Assembly (NCBI GenBank): GCA_004524535.1
Contig: SDNY01000052.1
Location: forward strand, 1 to 23,098
Length of the DNA: 23,098 nt
Reading direction: 5' to 3'
From: Promethearchaeota archaeon
Lineage (GTDB): Archaea; Asgardarchaeota; Lokiarchaeia; Sigyniarchaeales; SOKP01
The position numbers and the translations under genes are program-made. Positions 9,514-16,536 of this stretch are shown piece after piece. Position 1 is the stretch's first letter. Every line of letters starts with the position of its first letter. The notes below the pieces were generated by a model. The model saw only the letters and a program-made list of their open reading frames with translations, did no database searches and was not told the DNA's origin.

Positions 9514-10710
9514 ATATCTTTTTTCCAAAAGGACGATTCCTTCTCTCCTATAAATTGTATAAATTGTGGATATAACATAGTCAAACCTTATCCAAAAGAT
9601 AAAATATGTCCTAACTGTGGTAAGAACTTTTTTATTGAGGAAAAAAAAAAGAAGAAAAAAAAGAAAAAAGGAAAAAAGGGAGAAAAAATACAAGAGCAAC
9701 CTCAATCAAAACAATTTGAAACAATAGAGAAAACAGTATCATCAAAATTGCAGGGTAAAGTAAAAGTAAAGAAAAAAGAACAAGATTTATCTTTAGATAG
9801 CGATAAAATCGAATTGCTAAAAGGAGAGTATATTAAATTACTTGGTATTGTATCAATCGAAAGAACCCCTCTGTTCTATAGTAATGAAAAATATATATTC
9901 TTACTCGAGCTTACGAGCAACTTAGATTTTATTGCTACTAGTATTTTAGGAGGGGTTCTAGATAAAATGCTCCTTATAGGTGAGAATAACGAAGAAGAAA
10001 AGTGCCAATTTTTTTTAAAAAAAGGTATAATCTATATAATATATGGTTCATTTCCCGACAAGAAAGGTAGTTGGATCCTCGAACAGATGGCAAAACATTA
10101 TAATGAATTAGTAATGGGCAAAAACGTAAATCAATTAGAAAAATTAGAAAAATATCAAATTGAAACAAAATTTAAAGGAATTACGAAGTTTATTTTAAAT
10201 GAATATCGAGAAATGCAAGAAGTTTTTTCAGATCAAGAAATCCCGTATGTAGAAGATAAAATTAGAATCGATTATCTTGGCTTATCATCTAAATCAATTG
10301 GAGTGATATCACTTTTATTGGGAGAAGAAGACTTAAATGTCGAAACTCCGGGCGCGGGCGCATACGAAGATCCAGCCGAAGAGATAGAGATGAAAGAATC
10401 TGTGCTAACCGCCAAAATAGAAGCAATTGCAGCAAACACCATTGGAAATACAAATGCGATGCCTAAGTGGATTGCAGTTAAATTAGGATTTCAAAATTAT
10501 AGATTCTTAACCTTTAAAAAATTCGAAAACGATTACTTCTTGTATTTCCTTAGCGAAGGAAATTTAGGAAAAGTTCAAAAAGTTGAAGATCACTTAACAC
10601 CTTATTTAAGTCAGGTAACGGATAAATCCTTTTCTGGAAATTTAAGACCTTTCAATAAATTAAAATTAGATTTGAAAGATTTTTTCGATAAAGCTAGAGA
10701 ATTTTCTTAA
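9514..10710 (+). CDS. Zinc-ribbon + poly-Lys + probable tandem longin-like domain protein (start uncertain; ORF track gives TTG at 9748)
   Basis: The frame is open from the TAA at 9508-9510 to 10710. It encodes CINC-x13-CPNC and a run of 9 Lys upstream of 9748. Two segments show a longin-like strand/helix pattern, the second ending FSGNLRPFNKL. Confidence 0.6.
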   Translation: MSFFQKDDSFSPINCINCGYNIVKPYPKDKICPNCGKNFFIEEKKKKKKKKKGKKGEKIQEQPQSKQFETIEKTVSSKLQGKVKVKKKEQDLSLDSDKIELLKGEYIKLLGIVSIERTPLFYSNEKYIFLLELTSNLDFIATSILGGVLDKMLLIGENNEEEKCQFFLKKGIIYIIYGSFPDKKGSWILEQMAKHYNELVMGKNVNQLEKLEKYQIETKFKGITKFILNEYREMQEVFSDQEIPYVEDKIRIDYLGLSSKSIGVISLLLGEEDLNVETPGAGAYEDPAEEIEMKESVLTAKIEAIAANTIGNTNAMPKWIAVKLGFQNYRFLTFKKFENDYFLYFLSEGNLGKVQKVEDHLTPYLSQVTDKSFSGNLRPFNKLKLDLKDFFDKAREFS

Positions 10711-10737
10711 CCTAATTTTTTATAAATTTGAAATTAA

Positions 10738-11025
10738 TCATGATTTTTTCTTCAATTGTGATTTTATCTTTTCTTTATACTCTTTGGACTTCTTTTTAGC
10801 AGTTGAAAATAAGGAATGAAGTTTTTTTGTTTTTTCTTGTTGTATTTTTTGAGATATTTGACTCTCACCAAAATCTTTCTTATGATTCTCAGTCCCACAT
10901 TGTTCGCAATATATCGATTCCTGTTCTTCTTTTATTAGATTATCAATTAGGTCTTTTGGAAACTCCCATCCACATTCCTTGCAGAGGAATTTGGCTTGAT
11001 CACCGTTAACATGCATAGTTTTCAA
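10738..11025 (-). CDS. Small zinc-ribbon protein with basic C-terminal helix
   Basis: CKECG...CEQCG pair and a Lys-rich tail. The start may be the ATG three codons in (MHVNG). Confidence 0.75.
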   Translation of the reverse strand: MKTMHVNGDQAKFLCKECGWEFPKDLIDNLIKEEQESIYCEQCGTENHKKDFGESQISQKIQQEKTKKLHSLFSTAKKKSKEYKEKIKSQLKKKS

Positions 11026-11212
11026 TACTTATCTGAGATTAATATAATTAATTAATAAATTAACTAGGCATATTTACTAATTATACTAATATTTTCTTAA
11101 TTAAAACATAATTAAACATAATTTTTAAGTTAAAGTAAGAGCTCAAAATACTCAATAACAATAAAGATATAATAAATAATATCGAGAAATAAAAGATTTT
11201 GAAAAATTTAAA

Positions 11213-12163
11213 ATGGAAATAACTCCTCAAAAGATTTGTGAAGATTTTCGAAGTAATAGATTAGACAAACATTCTGCAATTAAACAATTAATCTCTTTAA
11301 TTGAAAATAGTGATGATGAAGAGATTCGAGAAGAAAGTGTTTATAGTTTTCAAAAAATTGGTGCAATAAACGAGGATCTCTCTTTATTTGAAATTTTAGA
11401 AAACTTGCTTATTTCTGATTTAAATGAAAAAGTTAGAATTGCGGCTGCGAAATTAATTAAGAATAACTTTCTTCATAAAGCGATAGAACCTATGAAATGG
11501 GCGATTCAACACGAATCTGATTGCGAATGCTGTATAATTATTATTGAAACTTTAGTTAAAATAAATAATGTGGAATCCAAATCAATTCTAAATGATGAGA
11601 TTAAAAAAATCAAGAAAGAAAAATATCTTGATAAGAGTAAAAGAATTGATAATAAAAAGTTTAAAAGATCTATTAAAAAATTACTCAAAGAGAGAAAGTA
11701 TGAAAGTTTTTCGCATGATGAGTTAGCTCAAATTATAATCAATTACAAAATTATGTCCACTTTAACAAAAAAATTTTATTCCGTTTACTTTGAATTAGAA
11801 AGCGCGTTAGTAGTTAAATTAGACTTAGCTGATGTTGAATATGAAGTAAGAGGGTGGAAAGCAGACTTTAAAAATAATATAAGAGATATTTCTGAAATTA
11901 CTGGCTTAAAAAATTTAAAACATCTATCTTATATAGATATTTCAAATAATTTAATTAGAAATATTAAAGAATTATCAGATTTGGAAAATTTAACACATTT
12001 ATTAATATCTAATAATAAAATTACTGATATAAAGAATATCGATTATATAAAACAAATGCCAAATCTTATTTACTTAGATATAAGAGGTAATGATTTTGCT
12101 GCTAAAGTTAACAAACACGATTTTGAAAATTTAAAAGATAAAATAAGAAATTTTTATATTTAA
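11213..12163 (+). CDS. HEAT-like N-terminal domain + ~3 SDS22/internalin-type LRRs; third paralogue
   Basis: N-terminus MEITPQKI...SAIKQLISLIENSD...LENLLISDLNEKVRIAAA...EPMKWAIQHE matches the first two genes. The LRRs are of the LxxLxxLxIsnNxIxxIxxL type. Confidence 0.88.
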   Translation: MEITPQKICEDFRSNRLDKHSAIKQLISLIENSDDEEIREESVYSFQKIGAINEDLSLFEILENLLISDLNEKVRIAAAKLIKNNFLHKAIEPMKWAIQHESDCECCIIIIETLVKINNVESKSILNDEIKKIKKEKYLDKSKRIDNKKFKRSIKKLLKERKYESFSHDELAQIIINYKIMSTLTKKFYSVYFELESALVVKLDLADVEYEVRGWKADFKNNIRDISEITGLKNLKHLSYIDISNNLIRNIKELSDLENLTHLLISNNKITDIKNIDYIKQMPNLIYLDIRGNDFAAKVNKHDFENLKDKIRNFYI

Positions 12164-12191
12164 AAAAGAAAGAAAAAAGAAATTTTATTTT
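12162..12191. terminator. Putative bidirectional oligo(T) terminator between convergent genes
   Basis: An A-rich run followed by a T-rich run at and within the 37-nt gap between the LRR gene and the RLP gene. Confidence 0.3.
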
Positions 12192-12200
12192 AAATTTATA

Positions 12201-13574
12201 TTAAACGGATGTAAATTCCGTCTTTTTCACGCCAAATAATCCTAAGGATACACCAAGTTCATGATGGTCTTTGGCATAGGTCTTTACTGGAATTCCCTTT
12301 AAAGCTGCGTTTATAGCTTGCCGGAATGCCTTAGCTCCAGCAATGGGCCCTTCTGGATGGGCATGAATACCTCCCCCACTACCAATCATAATATTTGGTC
12401 CTAAATCTTTAATACACTTTTCCACAATTCCTGGAGTAATACCTCCAGAAGGCATCGGCAAAGTTCTTTTAATGTGTGGAGCATTTCCCCATGGTAATAC
12501 CATCTGTCGTGCCACTTCCATAAATTTTTCCCCTAATGTTGGAGCCTTACCATATGGCGCCGGAAATACTATCGTATCACATCCAGACAATCTTCCAAAC
12601 TTTCCAAGAATTAAAGGACTGGAGACCCCACTAAATGGATCTTGAAAAAGTGCTCCAGCAAAATCCATATGTCCTAATAATGGCACCTTAACAGATGGAT
12701 CTTCTGCCAATTTTCGCATTGCAGAATATCCAACTGATATATGGTTTACCATAAAAGCATTCGCTCCATGCTCCTGAAGAATATCTGCCCATTCAAACAT
12801 CTTATCTACTCTATCTGTGATATTTATGGTATATAAAGTCTTTTCTCCTTTTTCTGAGTCCGCTTTATCTAAAGCCTCCATAAATGCTACGCATCTGTCG
12901 ACAATCGGATTGAAATCGACATCGGCAATTAATTCATCATCTTTAATTATATCGCATCCTCCAACAGCTGCTTCATAGGCTAATTTTGCTCCAATTTTAG
13001 GATCTGTATATACGCAGGGTTTGATCATATTATTCAGCAAGGGTCTTTCTGGAACTCCTAAGAGCTTCCTTATTCCTATATCACCAAATTTAGGACCTTT
13101 AAACTCCTTTAAAAAGGCTTTTGGAAATCTGACATCAACCATTTTAAGAGGACCTGCCATAGAAATATTACCATATATAGTTGTAAACAGCATAGGGAAC
13201 TGAGGTCTAAAATTAAGCGGATACGCAATTTGGACAAAATATTTTCGAAACTTCTTTTCAAGCGTACTTACATTTAATACTTGGTCTATCTGTTCATATT
13301 CAAAATCTGGAAATGGATAAACTCCTATAACTTTAGCCACATGCTTTCTTCTTTGCTCAGGTGTTTCTTCTGGTACTGGCACGAAGGTACCCGTAGATTG
13401 TTCAATACATACTACTTGAGCCATATAAAAAGCATCTAAACTCTTAGGAAGTACCATATTATAACTTGCAATGATATGAGTTTCATAATCAATATCCTCG
13501 GCAATAGCATTCGGTCTTGAACGAAAATCTTGTATAATTTCCTCAGAATTCTTTTCCCAATTAGGTTCAGCCAT
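12201..13574 (-). CDS. RuBisCO-like protein (form IV RLP)
   Basis: EQSTGT, GNIS, GPKFG, DIIKDDE, PSGG and GGGIHAHPEG are present. The K177, R295 and H327 equivalents are replaced (IKPCV, GHMD, VFPAPYGK). Confidence 0.9.
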   Translation of the reverse strand: MAEPNWEKNSEEIIQDFRSRPNAIAEDIDYETHIIASYNMVLPKSLDAFYMAQVVCIEQSTGTFVPVPEETPEQRRKHVAKVIGVYPFPDFEYEQIDQVLNVSTLEKKFRKYFVQIAYPLNFRPQFPMLFTTIYGNISMAGPLKMVDVRFPKAFLKEFKGPKFGDIGIRKLLGVPERPLLNNMIKPCVYTDPKIGAKLAYEAAVGGCDIIKDDELIADVDFNPIVDRCVAFMEALDKADSEKGEKTLYTINITDRVDKMFEWADILQEHGANAFMVNHISVGYSAMRKLAEDPSVKVPLLGHMDFAGALFQDPFSGVSSPLILGKFGRLSGCDTIVFPAPYGKAPTLGEKFMEVARQMVLPWGNAPHIKRTLPMPSGGITPGIVEKCIKDLGPNIMIGSGGGIHAHPEGPIAGAKAFRQAINAALKGIPVKTYAKDHHELGVSLGLFGVKKTEFTSV

Positions 13575-13736
13575 GATATTTCACTTTTACTTATTATTTT
13601 TATTAATAGATTTTTTATTTTAAAAATATTAATGATAATGAATTCAAAAGCTTTTCGTTGAAAAATTAAAAGAAAAATAAAGAGTTATTATAAGACAAAA
13701 AAGAAGAAATTTTAAGTAGTATCTTTTTCACTCTCT

Positions 13737-14381
13737 TCAATTTCCCTTTCTTAGGAATAGAAAGATTTTTCTTTTTTTTGGATTATTTGGATTATCTATT
13801 ACAAAATTTCCATTTAACTCGGTGTTATGAGTAAAGAACTTTCCAATTTCTTCCATAATTTCATTATTTTTAGGATAAAATTGAAAAATTATTTTTGATT
13901 CTGGTTTTAGAATCCTTTCAAAAGATTTGGTTAAATTAAGAAGTCTTAATCGCATTTTTCTGTGATTTATATCTCTATATATCCACTGTAGAGTAGAAAT
14001 AGAAATAATAGCATCAAAGCTATTAGATTGAAATGGTAATAAGCACATATCGGCTGCAATAGGATTCAATTCCCTTAAATCATAAAAATACAGGAATTCT
14101 GAAATTATATCTAAAGCAACTACATTATATCCCATTTCTTTTAGATAAATAGACGTAAATCCAGGTCCACAACCAGCATCTAAAATTAAGCAGTTCGTTT
14201 TTTTTAAATCCAATAACTCAAGAGCTCTGATTGTAATTTTTTCTTGTATTTTCATCATACTTTTTGACGTAGCGTATTTAGAAAGAATTTTTCCCGAAAA
14301 ATAATCTATAACATTTTTATAACGTTCTTCTGGTCTTTCTTTTTTTACATCAAAATCGTAATCGTCTTTCAATCTTAACAA
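13737..14381 (-). CDS. Class I SAM methyltransferase, Bud23/WBSCR22-like (SSU rRNA m7G)
   Basis: RPE, KY...IQEKITIRALELL, ILDAGCGPG, PF...FDAIISISTLQW, QFYPKN and G.FVIDNP...K.KIFL parallel Bud23 motifs in order. TTG start. Confidence 0.82.
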   Translation of the reverse strand: MLRLKDDYDFDVKKERPEERYKNVIDYFSGKILSKYATSKSMMKIQEKITIRALELLDLKKTNCLILDAGCGPGFTSIYLKEMGYNVVALDIISEFLYFYDLRELNPIAADMCLLPFQSNSFDAIISISTLQWIYRDINHRKMRLRLLNLTKSFERILKPESKIIFQFYPKNNEIMEEIGKFFTHNTELNGNFVIDNPNNPKKRKIFLFLRKGN

Positions 14382-14497
14382 TCCTAATTCATTAAGTCTA
14401 AAATGGAGTAAAACATAAATTTTATTAAATTTTGTTAATTTAATTAGTCTAATCTGATTTAGATTATTAATTTATTAGAAAATTTTTGTGATTTTCA

Positions 14498-14800
14498 TTG
14501 TCAGAGAAAGAGGATAAGTTACTAGTAAGAAAAGCAACAATAAATTTAAGGAGAAAATACGGAAGAACAAAGCAAATTAATATTTTGGAGAGAGATGCCT
14601 TCATTCCAAACAAAATCGAAAAAGAAATAAGAGAAACTTTCCTAAAAAAGAAAACAATCACAGCCACAGAAATCGCTTTAAAATACGATATTAGGGTGTC
14701 TACAGCAAAATTATTATTAAAACAATATGAAGAAGAAGGATTAATAAAACTTTTGGATCCGTCATTAACATTAAAAATTTATGTCCCTATTTCTAAGTAA
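14498..14800 (+). CDS. rps25e: 30S ribosomal protein S25e (eS25)
   Basis: Basic 100-aa winged-helix protein; KTITATEIALKYDIRVSTAKLLLKQYEEEGLIKLL...IYVP matches the eS25 core. Confidence 0.85.
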   Translation: MSEKEDKLLVRKATINLRRKYGRTKQINILERDAFIPNKIEKEIRETFLKKKTITATEIALKYDIRVSTAKLLLKQYEEEGLIKLLDPSLTLKIYVPISK

Positions 14801-14823
14801 AATTAAACGCCTTTTCTTAAATT

Positions 14824-14840
14824 AAAAAGAAATGTATATC
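14824..14840 (+). promoter_or_regulatory. Putative BRE/TATA promoter of the tRNA
   Basis: Purine run AAAAAGAAA followed by TGTATATC about 20-35 nt upstream of tRNA position 1. Confidence 0.3.
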
Positions 14841-14858
14841 TTTTTAAAATCAAATATT

Positions 14859-14961
14859 GCAGATGTAGCCTAGCTGGTAAGACGCCGGCTTCGAGTTATT
14901 ATTAAGATATGAAAAAGCCGGTGCGCGTAAGCGCTCGGGGGTTCGAGTCCCTCCATCTGCG
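14859..14961 (+). tRNA. tRNA-Ser(CGA) with a 20-nt intron at 37/38 (14896..14915)
   Basis: Acceptor stem GCAGATG/CATCTGC; anticodon stem CCGGC/GCCGG with CGA at 14892-14894; long variable arm GCGC-GTAA-GCGC; T-loop TTCGAGT; discriminator G; CCA not encoded; bulge-helix-bulge at the splice sites. Confidence 0.93.
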
Positions 14962-15027
14962 TCTATTTTATATAGATTGTAGGGTTAAATTTTATTATAA
15001 CTTCAAAAATAAATTAAAGGAACTGAT

Positions 15028-15963
15028 TTATTGGATAAGTTGAAGAATTAAATTTTCCATTTCAGGCTTAGCGGCTTCAATTTTGTCTAAAATATTGATA
15101 GTTTTTTCTAAATTTTCTTCTTCTTCTAAAATAATGAATAACAAATAAAATTCCATTCCACCAAAATTCAATACTTCAACGATCCCAGAGAATCTCTCGC
15201 CGCTTTCAAACTTTTCTGAAAATTCGAATAAATCACGATTCTCAGCTATAATTCTTTTTTGAACCGTAATATATATATCATAAATTTTCAATTTCTCTTG
15301 TAATTGGAGATGAGGTCTATAATATTCGCCAATAGTAATTCCCCTGGAGTCAAATAAAGCTATTAATATGGAATTATAATTTTTACTTATTTCAGCAAAT
15401 AAATGAGAGATCATCTCCATTTTATCAAATAATAATGATAACCCGCTCGAAAAAGCGTCCATTACCGATTTAATGTCGTATATACTCGTTTCGAAAAAAA
15501 AGATGTCAAACGCTTGGGAATACTTGGCTAAATTTTGTTTTAAAGTCAAGATCTTTCTATTAATCTCCTTTTCCTTTACAATCTGTGGATCAAATTTATG
15601 AAAAAGGACAGCAATACGTGGATAACTCTGCTCTTCTTTAAAAAATAGTAATATTTGATCTAAATAATCTAATGATTCAATATAGCGCTTATAATCTTGC
15701 GCATCAATTACATAATAAATTAAATCCGTGCCACCTAAAAATTTTTCTGGTTTTTTTAAGTAATCCTCTCTATAGTATTCTTGCCCTCCAAAATCCATTC
15801 TAGTAAATTCTATACCGAGAAATTTGAAAGTATCTCTATCTACTCTTCGGGTTGGTATTAATTTAGCAACTTCATCTTCGAAACCAAATCGCTCTGTAAT
15901 TGCTGTGATGATACTTGTTTTTCCTGCATTGTCTAATCCGAGAAATGCAATTTTTTGAACCAT
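15028..15963 (-). CDS. Small GTPase, Rag/Gtr-like with Arf-like P-loop and probable C-terminal roadblock domain
   Basis: G1 GLDNAGKTS, G2 PT, G3 DFGGQ, G4 HKFD, G5 TSIYD. The ~130-aa C-terminal domain contains IALFDSRGITIG. SD-like GAGGTGA upstream. Confidence 0.88.
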   Translation of the reverse strand: MVQKIAFLGLDNAGKTSIITAITERFGFEDEVAKLIPTRRVDRDTFKFLGIEFTRMDFGGQEYYREDYLKKPEKFLGGTDLIYYVIDAQDYKRYIESLDYLDQILLFFKEEQSYPRIAVLFHKFDPQIVKEKEINRKILTLKQNLAKYSQAFDIFFFETSIYDIKSVMDAFSSGLSLLFDKMEMISHLFAEISKNYNSILIALFDSRGITIGEYYRPHLQLQEKLKIYDIYITVQKRIIAENRDLFEFSEKFESGERFSGIVEVLNFGGMEFYLLFIILEEEENLEKTINILDKIEAAKPEMENLILQLIQ

Positions 15964-16129
15964 TTTTTTAACTTCACCTCGTAAAAATAAGATGAAAAAA
16001 ATTCTCTAATTATTTTGAATTCGAACTTAATTAAAAAGTAAGGTATTATAGTATTTATATTATTAAAAAATGAGATAAGATCTAAAAATTAATAATATTT
16101 GTTCTAACTGATTTAAATATTTCTTAGAA

Positions 16130-16411
16130 TTATCCACCCGCTAATGGAACACTCAAATGAATGTTGTCTCCATCCTTTAGGGCAGTTTTATAATTATTCA
16201 AATATTTAATATTCCTCCCGTTTACTAAGATAAGAATCTGTTTGTCTAATTTCTTTTTACTTTTGTTTAGCAATTGATCGTCTAATTTATGGCTGTGATC
16301 TTTTATAAATTTAGAAATTACTTCTTCAATAGTTCTTCCATTATATTCTATAGATTTCTTTTTAATCTGTAAGTAAAATATGTTTAATAAATTTAAATTC
16401 ACTTTTGCCAT
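16130..16411 (-). CDS. MoaD/ThiS/SAMP-family ubiquitin-like (beta-grasp) protein
   Basis: 93 aa; ILILVNGRNI, LKDGD and C-terminal PLAGG. Confidence 0.92.
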   Translation of the reverse strand: MAKVNLNLLNIFYLQIKKKSIEYNGRTIEEVISKFIKDHSHKLDDQLLNKSKKKLDKQILILVNGRNIKYLNNYKTALKDGDNIHLSVPLAGG

Positions 16412-16536
16412 ACTTTTTTCAATTATAATTAAAACTATTTCAATTTTAAGGTTAATTCTTAATAAAAAAAAAGAAATTCATTTTAGCCTTTAAAAAATAT
16501 TTATTTTATTTTGTTAATCACATTATTGAATTTTCT

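Noticed and set aside
9439-9705. 88-aa Phe-rich minus-strand ORF resembling a membrane peptide
   Set aside because: It is the reverse complement of the poly-Lys tract; the plus frame encodes a convincing zinc ribbon.
9748-9750. TTG as the true start of the longin-like gene
   Set aside because: Disfavoured, not excluded: the frame continues upstream through a zinc ribbon.
11095-11125. Short direct repeat AATTAAA(A)CAT
   Set aside because: Two copies of an AT-rich word, expected by chance; no spacers, so not CRISPR.
12201-13574. Form III RuBisCO / CO2 fixation
   Set aside because: K177, R295 and H327 equivalents are substituted, which indicates form IV.
14859-14961. tRNA-Sec, or an integration (att) site
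   Set aside because: The anticodon is CGA with a normal 7-bp acceptor stem. No duplicate of the tRNA 3' end and no integrase were seen.
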